A DNA stretch of 64,000 nucleotides from an uncultured Chloroflexia bacterium (GCA_963748625.1 CAVVJT010000007.1:1088001-1152000), one strand, 5' to 3'; counted from the stretch's first letter, positions 37,605 through 47,958 are shown. Notes: generated by a model not told the origin, from the letters alone. A program made the numbers and translations.

Positions 37605-38762
37605 GTGGTGGCAGCGGCGAAGGTGCGGGAGCTCCGGGGCGACGAGTTGGCGGACTGGGACGCCCACGCGGTTGATGCGCCGGGTGGCCACGTCTACCAG
37701 TCCCGGGCGTGGGCGGACCATCGCGCGGCCAACGGCTGGCGCCCGCGGTTCATGGCCATGGGGGATGCGCGCGCGCTCGTGCTCGTTCGACCCTGGCCGG
37801 GCCTGCCAGGTGGCTCCGGATACATCCCCAGGGGTCCGGTAGGACCGATCGTGCCGTGGTCGTATGCGGGGGCGCCGGCCGCCGACGGCGCCGGACGAGC
37901 GGTAGGCGAGGCGCTCGCCGCAGTCACGTCGCTGCTGGCGGCCGAGGGCCTCGACGTGCTCGCGGCGGATCCCGAGGTGGCTGAGGGCAACGAGGCCTAT
38001 GGGCGCATCCTCCTGAACAGTGGGTTCCGCGGTATCCCGGAGATCCAGCCGTCGCGTCACAGGCTGGCGCTGCGCCTGACCGGGGTTGACGAGGGCGCCG
38101 CCTTCGGTGGGGTCACCAAGGCGACCCGTCAGCGCATCCGGCAAGCGGAGCGCGAGGGCGTGGTCGTCGTGCGTCATGACACGACGCTCCAGGATCGGGA
38201 TGGCTTTGTCCGTCCCGCCTCGGGCTCGGGCAACGCGCTGGAACAGTTCCACGCACTGATGATCGCGACCGGGCAGCGCCGCGGGTTCGACTTCCCCGGC
38301 CCGGGCGAGTACCTGGCCTGGTGGCATCGGGCCCTGGAAGCGGGACACCTGGTGCATCTCGAGGCGCGCGATGGCGGGCCGGCCGGCGAGGTGCTCGGGG
38401 GGCTCACGTTGTACCGCCACGGCGCACGGCTCTCGACCCAGCATGCCGCCGATCGCGCGGACCGGCGACGCGATCGCCCGGGCACGATGCACCTGCTCCG
38501 ATGGCGCGCGATCCAACTCGCCATCGCCGAGGGCCGTGCCGAGATGGACCTCGGCGGCGTCGACATCGCGGGGGCCCGCCGGATCCCCACTCCGGGCGAG
38601 TCCACCTACGGACTGTACGAGCACAAGCGCTCGTTGGGGGCTGCGTGGGTCGCGCTGGCGGGTGCGCACGAGCGCGTCGAGCGACCCTGGCGGTACGCGG
38701 CAGGCCGGGCTGCGGCACGCGCGGTGCGGACGCTCGGACCGGTGAGACGCGGGAGCCGGTAG
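37605..38762 (+). CDS. FemAB/FemX-like peptidoglycan bridge aminoacyltransferase family
   Basis: HVYQSRAW, YIPRGP, TRQRIRQAEREGV, HLLRWRAI, DLGGV, GLYEHKRSLG; start inferred from TATCGT 6 nt upstream. Confidence 0.8.
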   Translation: MVAAAKVRELRGDELADWDAHAVDAPGGHVYQSRAWADHRAANGWRPRFMAMGDARALVLVRPWPGLPGGSGYIPRGPVGPIVPWSYAGAPAADGAGRAVGEALAAVTSLLAAEGLDVLAADPEVAEGNEAYGRILLNSGFRGIPEIQPSRHRLALRLTGVDEGAAFGGVTKATRQRIRQAEREGVVVVRHDTTLQDRDGFVRPASGSGNALEQFHALMIATGQRRGFDFPGPGEYLAWWHRALEAGHLVHLEARDGGPAGEVLGGLTLYRHGARLSTQHAADRADRRRDRPGTMHLLRWRAIQLAIAEGRAEMDLGGVDIAGARRIPTPGESTYGLYEHKRSLGAAWVALAGAHERVERPWRYAAGRAAARAVRTLGPVRRGSR

Positions 38763-38818
38763 CCGGGGCCTGCGCGCGACCCGCACGGAGCGACGCCTCC
38801 GCCGCGCATACTCGGCTC

Positions 38819-39760
38819 GTGATCGAGGTGCGGCCCCTCACGGTGGCGGACGTCGCACCGTGGGCACGTCTGCTCGCGGTCTGCTTCGATCGCTCGCCGA
38901 CCCAGATGGAGGCACTGCTCCGCTGGTTCCACGCCGGCTTCGAGCTCGTGACCATGGGGGCCTGGGACGGCGAGCGGCTCGTCGCCCAGTACAACGCCCG
39001 CCTGCTGCATCTCGAGGTCCCCGGGTTCGAGATGCCGCTGCCCGGCGCGATGGGGCTGAACATGGCCGTGGATGCCGAGTTCCGCGGCCGGGGACTCCTG
39101 GACAAGGTCGCGGCGCCGGTGCACGAGTCGCTCACCTCACGGGGATGCGTGGCGGGGGTGGGCTTCTCCAGTGCGGGCGGCCTCGCCGTCACCAAGGCGA
39201 GTCGGCACTACGGGTACGAGGTGTTGGGGCCGATGGTGTCGCTCGCGGTGCCCCTGGTTCGCCCGCGGTATCCGGAGCCGCTCACAGTCAGCACGTCCTG
39301 GCCAGCCGGACCCGTCAGCTTCGGCGCCGCCAACGACGGCTTCGTCCGTTACGCCACCACCCCCGAATCGTTGCGTCACCGCTACGCGGAGCACCCGTTC
39401 CGTCAGTACGCCTTTGCCACGCACGAACTCGACGGGGTCATCGATGGGCTCGTGGTGTTCCGCGAGACGCGTCTCCGGGGCGTCCCAGCGGTCTCGCTGC
39501 TCGCGGTGCACGGCGACGATCCGGCGATGCTCCTGGGCTCGTTCGCAGCCAGCCTCAGGGCGCGCCGCACCACCCTCGTGCACATGCTCCTTGCTCCGCG
39601 CTCGCCGCTCCGGCAGGCGCTCGCCGCGATGGGCCCGGTCATCGCACTGCCACGCAGCCGGAACCCGTACCACTTGATCACGCGCCGGCTGCAGCCGGAC
39701 GCCCCGCCGATCCTGTTCGACCTCGGACGGTGGGACTGCGCCGGCGGGGACATCCTGTGA
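38819..39760 (+). CDS. GNAT-family acetyltransferase
   Basis: IEVRPLTVAD start; MAVDAEFRGRGL acetyl-CoA motif; ends GGDIL. Confidence 0.8.
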   Translation: MIEVRPLTVADVAPWARLLAVCFDRSPTQMEALLRWFHAGFELVTMGAWDGERLVAQYNARLLHLEVPGFEMPLPGAMGLNMAVDAEFRGRGLLDKVAAPVHESLTSRGCVAGVGFSSAGGLAVTKASRHYGYEVLGPMVSLAVPLVRPRYPEPLTVSTSWPAGPVSFGAANDGFVRYATTPESLRHRYAEHPFRQYAFATHELDGVIDGLVVFRETRLRGVPAVSLLAVHGDDPAMLLGSFAASLRARRTTLVHMLLAPRSPLRQALAAMGPVIALPRSRNPYHLITRRLQPDAPPILFDLGRWDCAGGDIL

Positions 39761-40941
39761 CTGGAGCGCTCGACGGGGTCCGCGTGCTGGACCTCAGCCG
39801 CTTCATCGCAGGGCCGATCTGCGCCCAGATCCTCGGCGACATGGGCGCGGAGGTGATCAAGGTGGAGCGGCCCGGCGGCGAGGATGCCCGCTTCCAGGGC
39901 CCGTTCCTGGACGGCGAGAGCCTGTATCCGATGGCGTACAACCGCAACAAGTCGTCGGTGACGCTCGATACGCGGCACCGGGACGCGGCACGGATCCTCG
40001 AGCGGCTCGTTGCCTGGGCGGACGTCCTGGTCGAGAACTACCGGCCGGGGACGCTTGACGCGATGGGTTTCGGCTGGGTCCGGCTGCATGACGCGTACCC
40101 ACGGCTCGTGCTCACGTCGCTGTCGGGCTTCGGTCAGACCGGACCCCTCGCCGATCGCGCGCTGTTCGACCCGATCGCGCAGGCAGCATCGGGGCTCATG
40201 AGCCTGACCGGGGAGCCCGGCCGACCCCCGATGCTTGCGGGCACGTACATCGCAGACCACGTGGCCGGCCTCTACGGTGCGATCGGGACCCTGGTCGCGC
40301 TCCTTGCGCGGGCGTCCACAGGCGTCGGGCAGCGCGTGGACGTGGCCTCGCTCGACGCGCTCGTGTCCGTGCTTGGGACGCGGCCGATGGCGTATGCGAT
40401 GCTGGGCGAGCAGCCGGCGAGGATGGGCTCGCGAGACCCCTACTCCGCGCCCGCCAACGTCTTCAAGGCCGCCGACGGACACGTGTACCTCCACGCGGGC
40501 ACGGACTCGCTGTTTCCCAGGCTGTGCACGGCCATCGGCCGCGAGGCGCTGGCCGCCGACCCGCGCTTCGCAACGATCGCCGCTCGCCTCGCCAACGTCG
40601 ATGTGCTGGAGGCGGAGGTGGGCGCGTGGACCATTCTCCGCACGAAGCTCGAGATCGAGGAGATGCTCGCCGCAGCAGGCGTTCCCTGCTCAGGCGTCGC
40701 GGACATGGCCGACGTGATCACCTCACCGCAACTGCGCGCCCGGGACATGTTCGTGGAGATGGCCGGGACGCCCGTCGGCACCGCTGTCCTCACTGGGATC
40801 CCGATGAAGCTCGATGGCACGCCGGGGTCGATCCGCAGACCGCCACCGAGCGTCGGTGCCGATACGGACCGGGTGCTCACCGAGATCGTCGGGCTCGACG
40901 CAGCGGCCATCGGGGTGCTGCGAGCGTCCCGGACCATCTGA
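39757..40941 (+). CDS. CaiB/BaiF family III CoA-transferase
   Basis: LDGVRVLDLSRFIAGP, GAEVIKVE, NRNKSS, ADVLVENYRPG, SGFGQTGP. Confidence 0.93.
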   Translation: MTGALDGVRVLDLSRFIAGPICAQILGDMGAEVIKVERPGGEDARFQGPFLDGESLYPMAYNRNKSSVTLDTRHRDAARILERLVAWADVLVENYRPGTLDAMGFGWVRLHDAYPRLVLTSLSGFGQTGPLADRALFDPIAQAASGLMSLTGEPGRPPMLAGTYIADHVAGLYGAIGTLVALLARASTGVGQRVDVASLDALVSVLGTRPMAYAMLGEQPARMGSRDPYSAPANVFKAADGHVYLHAGTDSLFPRLCTAIGREALAADPRFATIAARLANVDVLEAEVGAWTILRTKLEIEEMLAAAGVPCSGVADMADVITSPQLRARDMFVEMAGTPVGTAVLTGIPMKLDGTPGSIRRPPPSVGADTDRVLTEIVGLDAAAIGVLRASRTI

Positions 40942-41090
40942 CCGTCGCTTCGATCTCGTCGGCCGGCTGGTGCGACATCCCGCCGACCTGCCCCCACCTG
41001 CGGTGCGGCCCACTCGGCCCACTTTGGCCCGCGGGACGCCGAAGCCGCAAGATTCGCGCGAAATAGGGGGCCTAAGGCCTTCCTGCCCTC

Positions 41091-41119
41091 TTGGAATGCT
41101 GGGAATCGGCCCCTATACT
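41091..41119 (+). promoter_or_regulatory. Sigma70-type promoter for the Cys-rich ORF-prfB unit
   Basis: TTGGAA (41091-41096), 17 nt spacer, TATACT (41114-41119). Confidence 0.65.
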
Positions 41120-41240
41120 CGCCTTCAGTCTTTCGCTCCAGGGACCCGCGTCGCCGGTATACCACTCCAGCCCAGCGTCCGGCGCCGCAACGTCCCGCAC
41201 CGTCACACGTCCGACAGCGAAAGGCCAGGAGAGAGGGACT

Positions 41241-41465
41241 GTGAAGCAGGCTGAGGAAGCCCAGTTCGTGGATCTCATCGCTTGCGAACGTGACTGCCGC
41301 AATTGCAGCTACGCGTCCTCGTTGGACTGCGATGGCAACTGCGGTGTCTGCACCCACAACGCGTATTGTCCTTGCGTGAACCCCGTCGTCGCCCGGAGCA
41401 AGACCGCCCTTCGGCTGATCGAGCTCCGTCCGATCCTGCTCCAGGACCTCCAGGTGCGCTCCTAG
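41241..41465 (+). CDS. 74 aa cysteine-rich protein of unknown function
   Basis: Purine-rich RBS (AGGAGAGAGGGA) before GTG; 8 Cys in CERDCRNC, CDGNCGVC and CPC; stop overlaps the prfB start. Confidence 0.7.
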   Translation: MKQAEEAQFVDLIACERDCRNCSYASSLDCDGNCGVCTHNAYCPCVNPVVARSKTALRLIELRPILLQDLQVRS

Positions 41466-42587
41466 TGGATGCCGCTTCCCTGAAGGACCTCGCCGAGCGG
41501 ATCCGGGCGACCTCGGGGCGTCTTTGACTTAGCCGCCAAGGAACAACGCGTCGCCGCTCTCGACGAGCGCGCGCTCGAGCCCGGTTTCTGGAACGACCAG
41601 CGCTCCGCGCAGAAGGTCGTCCGCGAGGCCCAGGGCCTCCGCGACGAGATCGAGCTCTGGACCGGGCTGCAGAAGCGGGTCGCCGACCTTGAGGAGCTGC
41701 TCATGCTGCTCGAGGACAGCCCGGACCCCGAGACCGAGGCCGAGGTCGCCCGCGAGGCTGATGCCCTGGCCGTGGACTTCGCACGCGAGCGCACGCTGCT
41801 GCTGTTCTCAGGTGACTACGACAGCAAGAACGCGGTGATCTCGATCAGTGCGGGTGCCGGCGGCACCGAGGCCACCGACTGGGCCGAGATGCTCGAACGC
41901 ATGTACCTGCGCTGGTGCGAGCGCCACCGCTTCAAGGCCGAGGTCATCGACTGGCAGCCGGGCGAGCAGGCGGGCATCAAGAGCGCCACGATCCAGGTCA
42001 CCGGGCGCTTCGCGTACGGCTGGCTGCGCGTGGAGCGCGGCGTCCACCGGCTGGTCCGCATCTCCCCGTACGACGCCCAGAACCGCCGCCAGACCACGTT
42101 CGCGCTGCTCGAGGTGATGCCCGAGGCGGACGACGACGTGGCGATCGAGCTCAACTGGGACGAGATCCGCGTGGACACGTTCCGCTCATCGGGCGCGGGC
42201 GGCCAGCATGTCCAGAAGACGGAGTCCGCGATCCGCCTGACGCACATCCCCACCGGCATCGTGGTCGCGTGCCAGAACGAGCGTTCCGCAACCCAGAACC
42301 GTGAGATCGCGATCCGGGTCCTCAAGTCCCGCCTCCTGGAGCTGGAGCTGGAGAAGCGCGAGGAGGAGCTGCGCAAGCTGCGCGGCGAGCATGTGACGGC
42401 CGGCTGGGGCAACCAGATCCGCTCCTACGTCCTGCACCCGTACCAGATGGTCAAGGACCTTCGCTCGGCCCACGAGACATCCAACACGGGCGCAGTCCTC
42501 GATGGCGACCTCGATCCCTTCATGCAGGCCGAGCTCGACCGTCTCGCGACCGGCCGGCCCGCCGCCGAGGTCGGCGACGACGACTGA
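41465..42587 (+). CDS. prfB: Peptide chain release factor 2 with programmed +1 frameshift
   Basis: GTG 41465 runs to CTT TGA C (41522-41528); the +1 frame continues DLAAKEQR... into ORF 41703..42587 with GAGGTEA, ISPYD and GGQ. Confidence 0.96.
41515..41528 (+). promoter_or_regulatory. prfB programmed frameshift cassette
   Basis: GGGG (SD-like), 3 nt, then CTT TGA C: the canonical RF2 autoregulatory arrangement. Confidence 0.93.
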
Positions 42588-43623
42588 GCCGGCCGGGCCT
42601 GACGGCCCCATCCCGCCGTTCGGCGGCGGGCACGCGCGCAACCCCGTCCGCTACCGGCCCGGCACGCTGGACGACGTGAATGCATGCGCGCTTCTCTGGA
42701 AGGACGCGATCGAGGACTACCTGGTCCCGCTCGGGCAGCCGGCCCTCTCCGACGAGCTGGGGCCGCTGAAGCGGCTGCTGGCCCACACGATGGCAACGGA
42801 CCCTGACCGGTTCTGGGTGGCACTGGACACTGGCGGGGCGTTCGCCGGGTTCTCGTCCGCCACCGTCCGCGAGGGGCTGTGGTTCCTTGCGATGCTCTTC
42901 GTGCGGCCCGGTCTGCAGGGGCGTGGGGTGGGCGAGGCGCTGATGGACCGGGCGCAGGCGGGCCGGGACGTGGATCCGGGCGGGCCTGCGGTGCCATCGC
43001 CGGACCAGCCGTTCGACACGGGCTTCCACACCTGGGGCATGTGCACCGACGCCGCCCAGCCGCGCTCGAACGGGCTCTACGCCCGGCGCGGCATGCCGCC
43101 GCGCGTACCTGTCTGGCGCGTGGTCGGCGAGGTGCGCCGGTGGTCGGCGCTGCCAGCGCTGCCCTCGTCGCTGGAAGCCGTCCCGTTCGAGCACCTGGCA
43201 CTCGACGGGCCTGACGGCGAGCGGCGGCTGGAGGAGACGGTGGCCACCGTGGACCGCGAGTTGATCGGCGCGGCCCATCCGCCCGATCACTGGCACCTGC
43301 GCCAGGAAGGCCGCGCCGGGTTCCTGGTCCGGGAGCGCGCGGGCGGGCGGGCCCTGGGCTACGTGTACGGCTCGGGGGGCGGGCGCCTGGGTCCGCTGGC
43401 AGCGTTGGACCCGGAGCTCCAGCCGGCGCTCTGCGGCGTCGCGATCCGGGACACCCCGACGTTCGGGACCGTCGCGATGTGGGTTCCGGGCACCGCCGAC
43501 CGGGCGATGCGCGCCCTGCTCGCAGCCGGGCTTCGCCTGGAGGGGTTCCCGGGCCTCGTGTGCTGGTCACGCGCCGACCACCCCTTCGAGCGCTACGTGC
43601 CCATCTCGCTGGCCCTGGTGTAG
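42502..43623 (+). CDS. GNAT-family acetyltransferase (start uncertain)
   Basis: VRYRPGTLDD first strand; LFVRPGLQGRGVG; LYARRG. Confidence 0.8.
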   Translation: MATSIPSCRPSSTVSRPAGPPPRSATTTEPAGPDGPIPPFGGGHARNPVRYRPGTLDDVNACALLWKDAIEDYLVPLGQPALSDELGPLKRLLAHTMATDPDRFWVALDTGGAFAGFSSATVREGLWFLAMLFVRPGLQGRGVGEALMDRAQAGRDVDPGGPAVPSPDQPFDTGFHTWGMCTDAAQPRSNGLYARRGMPPRVPVWRVVGEVRRWSALPALPSSLEAVPFEHLALDGPDGERRLEETVATVDRELIGAAHPPDHWHLRQEGRAGFLVRERAGGRALGYVYGSGGGRLGPLAALDPELQPALCGVAIRDTPTFGTVAMWVPGTADRAMRALLAAGLRLEGFPGLVCWSRADHPFERYVPISLALV

Positions 43624-43717
43624 CAGCCACAGGCCCCGAACGATGGGCGGGAGCACGACCCACCCGCCCATCGGCGGGCGGGCACGATGCGGCACGCGAT
43701 GCTAGCCTCGGGGGAAC

Positions 43718-44512
43718 GTGGCGACCCCGAGCCAGCAGGCATCCCCCGCACCCGAACGGCAGGCGAGTCCCTCGCTGCTCCGGCGCCTCACGCGACGTGG
43801 CGCGGTGACGGGCAGGGACGCCTCGGTTGTGGTGCTGCACGACGTCACCAAGAGATACCCCAACGGCAAGGTCGCGCTCAAGGACGTGGACCTCGTGGTG
43901 CCCGAGGGCGACTTCGTGTTCCTGGTGGGCCCGTCGGGTGCCGGCAAGTCCACCCTGTTGAAGCTGCTGATCCGCGACGAGCTGGCCACGCGCGGAGACG
44001 TGGTCATCGACGGCTACGACCTCGCCCGGATCCGCCGCCGCCAGGTGCCCAAGATCCGACGCAAGATCGGCATCGTCTTCCAGGACTTCAAGCTGCTCCC
44101 GCGCAAGTCGGTCTACGAGAACGTCGCCTTCGCGCTGGAGGTCACGGGCACGCCGCGGCGCGAGATCCGGCCTGCCGTGGAACGCGTGCTCGCGCTCGTG
44201 GGCCTCACCGGCCAGGCCGACCAGATCCCCACCCAGCTGTCGGGCGGCGAGCAGCAGCGCACCGCGATCGCTCGAGCGCTCGTCCACGACCCCCGGATCA
44301 TCATCGCGGACGAGCCCACCGGCAACCTGGACCCGGTGATCAGCTGGGAGATCATCCAGCTGCTGCTGCGCATCAACGAGCTGGGCGTCACGATCCTCAT
44401 GGGGACCCACGACGCCGAGGTGGTCACAGCACTGCGCAAGCGCGTGGTGGCGCTCGAGGACGGCCGGGTCATCCGTGACGAGACCGGCGCCGCCTACCAC
44501 CGCGAGGACTAG
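43718..44512 (+). CDS. ftsE: Cell division ATP-binding protein FtsE
   Basis: GPSGAGKST, IGIVFQDFKLL, LSGGEQQR, ADEPTGNLDP; followed by ftsX. Confidence 0.95.
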   Translation: MATPSQQASPAPERQASPSLLRRLTRRGAVTGRDASVVVLHDVTKRYPNGKVALKDVDLVVPEGDFVFLVGPSGAGKSTLLKLLIRDELATRGDVVIDGYDLARIRRRQVPKIRRKIGIVFQDFKLLPRKSVYENVAFALEVTGTPRREIRPAVERVLALVGLTGQADQIPTQLSGGEQQRTAIARALVHDPRIIIADEPTGNLDPVISWEIIQLLLRINELGVTILMGTHDAEVVTALRKRVVALEDGRVIRDETGAAYHRED

Positions 44513-44515
44513 CCG

Positions 44516-45400
44516 ATGCTCGTGTTCGTCCTCTTCTCGTTCAAGCGGGCCTGGCAGGGGTTCTGGCGCAATGCGTTGATGAGCCTCGCGGCGACGCTCA
44601 CGATGGTGCTGATGCTGCTGCTGCTCGCGGGCTTCTTCATCCTCCAGAACGTGCTGCTGGCGTCGCTCGCGTTCGTGGAGCAGAAGGTGCAGGTGGTCGC
44701 CTACATCGAGAACACGGCCACGACGGACCAGGTGGACACGCTGATCGCCCGGGTCGACGGCATGCCCGAGACGGCATCGGTGGAGTTCGTGAGCCGCGAT
44801 CAGGCGCTCGAGTCGTTCCGCCAGGCGCAGGAGGCGCAGGGCCGCGAGGACCTGACCAAGTACCTCGAGTCGAACCCGCTCTACGCCTCGATCAACGTCA
44901 AGTTGACGGCGCCCACGGACCTCGACACCGTGGTGACCGCGCTCGACGACGACCCGATCGTGCGCAACGTGCTCAACATCGAGGCGCTCGTGAACCGGGT
45001 GGTCACAGTCACCACGTTCGTGCGCACGGCGGGGGCCGTGATGGTCCTGATCGTGGGTGTGATCGTGCTGTTCATCATCGTCAACACGATCCGCCTGGCG
45101 GTCGTCGCACGGGCGGAGGAGATCGAGATCATGCGCCTCGTGGGCGCGTCGGACGCGTTCATCCGCTGGCCGTTCGTGTTCGAGGGCGCCCTGGTGGGCC
45201 TGTCGGGCGCGTTGATCACGCTGGGCCTGCTGGCGCTGGCGGCCGACCCGCTCTCCCAGGCGATGGTCGGGTTCTTCAACGTGCTGCCGCTGCAGCTGGG
45301 CACGGTGAGTCGCGACGTGGCCGCGCTGGTGCTGGGGACGGGGCTGGGGCTGGGAGTGCTCGGGTCGTGGGTGTCCGTGCGGACCTACCTGATCCGCTGA
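44516..45400 (+). CDS. ftsX: Cell division permease FtsX
   Basis: IVNTIRL...EIEIMRLVGASDAFIRWPFVFEG; 4 TM. Confidence 0.95.
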   Translation: MLVFVLFSFKRAWQGFWRNALMSLAATLTMVLMLLLLAGFFILQNVLLASLAFVEQKVQVVAYIENTATTDQVDTLIARVDGMPETASVEFVSRDQALESFRQAQEAQGREDLTKYLESNPLYASINVKLTAPTDLDTVVTALDDDPIVRNVLNIEALVNRVVTVTTFVRTAGAVMVLIVGVIVLFIIVNTIRLAVVARAEEIEIMRLVGASDAFIRWPFVFEGALVGLSGALITLGLLALAADPLSQAMVGFFNVLPLQLGTVSRDVAALVLGTGLGLGVLGSWVSVRTYLIR

Positions 45401-45725
45401 CAGACCGGGTGCAGCCGGGCGGGTGGCCGGGATCGCCGGCGGCCGGGGCGAGGCCGTACGGGACCGCGGGGCCGTGCGCCCTGAGCGCGCCAACCGGCGC
45501 GTGCCCTGTCGATTCTGTACGGCCAGCGCGCCTCTCGGGTCCGAGACCCCATGTTCCGGCACGGTGGGCGCGCAGGATTCGCACGACACCCGCGCGTTCG
45601 CACGGTGAGCGCGCACCAGGGGCCGGTGCAGGGCCGGGGGGCCGTGCACCACGAGCCTCGGGGCCGCCCGCCGCCATGTCCGAAAACCGCTAGCGCGCGT
45701 TCCCGCGGGCTGGCATCCTCGGGCT

Positions 45726-47391
45726 ATGACCACGACCGCCACCGCCGACGGGGTGCTCTTCGAACGCCGCTACCGGGCCGTCGCCAGCCGCGACCGCCGG
45801 TTCGACGGGTACTTCTACACGGCCGTCACCTCCACCCGCATCTACTGCCGGCCGAGCTGCCCCGCGACGACGCCGAGGGCGGACCGGGTGCGCTTCTATC
45901 CCACCGCGGCCGCCGCTCAGGGAGCGGGTTTCCGCGCCTGCAAGCGCTGCCTGCCGGGTGCTGCACCGGGCTCGCCCGAGTGGGACCTGCGTGGCGATGT
46001 CGCAGGGCGCGCGATGCACCTGATCGACGAGGGGCTGGTGGAGCGCGAGGGTGTTCCGGGCCTGGCCCACCGGCTGGGCTACGGGGAGCGGCAGTTGCGC
46101 CGGATCCTCCAAGCGGACCTGGGCGCACCGCCGCTGGCGCTTGCCCGCGCCCAGCGCGCCGGTGTCGCGCGCCTGCTGCTGGAGACAACCGATCTGTCCG
46201 TCACCGAGGTGGCGTTCGCGGCCGGGTTCGCGTCCCTGCGCCAGTTCAACGACACCATCCGCGCGATCCACGACGCCACGCCCACGGAGCTGCGCGAGCG
46301 GGGGCGCAGGCGGGGCACGCTGGCTGGTGGCATCGCGCACCCGGCCCAGGTGCGGACACCGGCCCGGTGCGAACAGCGGTCCGGGCGCGGACAGCGGCCG
46401 AGGCGCGGACGCCGTGCCGGGCAATCACGGCCCAGGTGCGGACACCGTGTCGGGCGATCACGGCCCCCGTCCGACACGCCTCACCCTCCGCCTCGCCCGG
46501 CGTGAGCCGTTCGACTTCGCATCGCTGCTCGCGTTCCTCGGTCCGCGCTCGATCCCCGGGGTGGAGGAGGTCGTGGACGGCGTCTACCGGCGCAGCCTCC
46601 GCCTGCCGCACGGCGCGGGCCTCGCCGAGGTGCGTGACGGGGACGGCGTCGTGCTCTGCACGCTGGCACTCGCCGATCCGCGCGACCTCGCGCCCGCCGT
46701 GGCCCGTGTCCGGCGCCTCCTGGATCTCGATGCCGACCCGGTCTCGGTGGCGGAGAGCCTGGGGACTGACCCGGTGCTCGGCGCGCTGGTCGCAGCGGCC
46801 CCCGGACGGCGGGCGCCCGGCGCGGTGGACGGCCTGGAGCTGGCGATTCGCGCCATCGCGGGCCAGCAGGTGTCGGTCGCTGCGGCGACGCGCATCGCGG
46901 GCCGGATCGCGGAACGGCTGGGCACGCCGATCCCGGGCGCGGCCGGCCGCGTCACGTCGATCCCGGGCGCGGCCGGTGGCGTCACGCACCTGTTTCCTGA
47001 CGCCGCCACGCTCGCCGAGGCGGACGATGCCGACCTGCCGGTCCCGGTGGCCCGCCGGCGCACGATCCGCACCCTGTCGGCGGCGATCGCCGGCGGGCGG
47101 CTGGACCTGGGGCTCGGGGCGGACCGGGAGGCGGCGCGCGCGGAGCTCCAGGCGATCAGCGGCATCGGACCGTGGACGGCGGGCTACATCAGCCTGCGGG
47201 CACTCGGTGATCCCGATGTGCTGCTCACCGGCGATCTCGGCGTGCGCAAGGCCGCCGTCCGCCTTGGCCTGCCCGATGACCCGGGCGCACTCGCCGCCCA
47301 CGGGGCACGTTGGGCGCCCTGGCGGTCCTACGCAACCCATCACCTCTGGGCATCACTGGCTGGCCCGTCCCTCGAGGAGTCCCGATCGTGA
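45726..47391 (+). CDS. alkA: Ada-AlkA fusion (Ada Zn domain + AraC HTH + AlkA glycosylase), frameshifted at ~46300-46366
   Basis: YCRPSC...FRACKRC and [10 protein letters not shown] in one frame; AIAGQQVSV, Hh[21 protein letters not shown] in another. Probably sequencing error; pseudogene not excluded. Confidence 0.85.
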
Positions 47392-47871
47392 CCGTCTATA
47401 CCCTGCACCCGAGCCCCATCGGCGACCTGCTGCTGGTGGGCGAGCCCGTCGGCGATGGGATCGCCCTGTCCGGCCTGTACATGGAGGGCCACAAGCGCGG
47501 TCCGTCGGTCTCCGAGGCCTGGGTCCGCGACAACGCTGCCTTCGCCGCCGTCGGTCGCCAGTTGGACGAGTACTTCGCCGGAGCCCGCCGCACGTTCGAC
47601 CTGGCGCTCGCCCCCCACGGGACGGCATTCCAGCTGGCGGTCTGGGAGCAGCTGCGGCTGATCCCGTGTGGAGCGACCACCACGTACGGCGAGCTCGCGC
47701 TGCGGGTCGGCCGCCCGGGGGCGGCGCGTGCGGTCGGGTGCAGCGGTGGGTCGCAACCCGATCTCGATCATCGTCCCGTGCCACCGCGTGGTCGGCTCTG
47801 ACGGCACCTTGACCGGCTTCGCGGGCGGTCTCGATCGCAAGCGCACGCTCCTCGCGATCGAGCAGGGCTGA
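47388..47871 (+). CDS. ogt: Methylated-DNA-protein-cysteine methyltransferase, extra G at 47736-47738
   Basis: GTAFQLAVW...AARAVG, then in the +1 frame [17 protein letters not shown]. Confidence 0.88.
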
Positions 47872-47874
47872 CGG

Positions 47875-47926
47875 CTGGGGTCTCGCGCACCCTGGGGTCT
47901 CGCGCACCCGAGAGGCCTCGCGCACC
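47875..47926. repeat. Intergenic 17 bp tandem repeat
   Basis: CTGGGGTCTCGCGCACC twice plus a degenerate third copy keeping CTCGCGCACC. Confidence 0.85.
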
Positions 47927-47958
47927 CGATCCGCGTCCCCGCGGTACGCTGGCGACCC

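Noticed and set aside
41522-41528. prfB as a pseudogene, sequencing error or selenocysteine UGA
   Set aside because: It matches the well-known programmed CTT-TGA-C +1 frameshift.
42580-42590. Second +1 frameshift fusing RF2 to the downstream GNAT
   Set aside because: The GNAT is in the +1 frame, but a GAC-decoding tRNA cannot re-pair on ACU, so there is no slippery site.
45675-45693. Ada-binding box CATGTCCGAAAACCGCTAG upstream of ada-alkA
   Set aside because: Position is plausible, but I cannot verify a consensus from the sequence alone.
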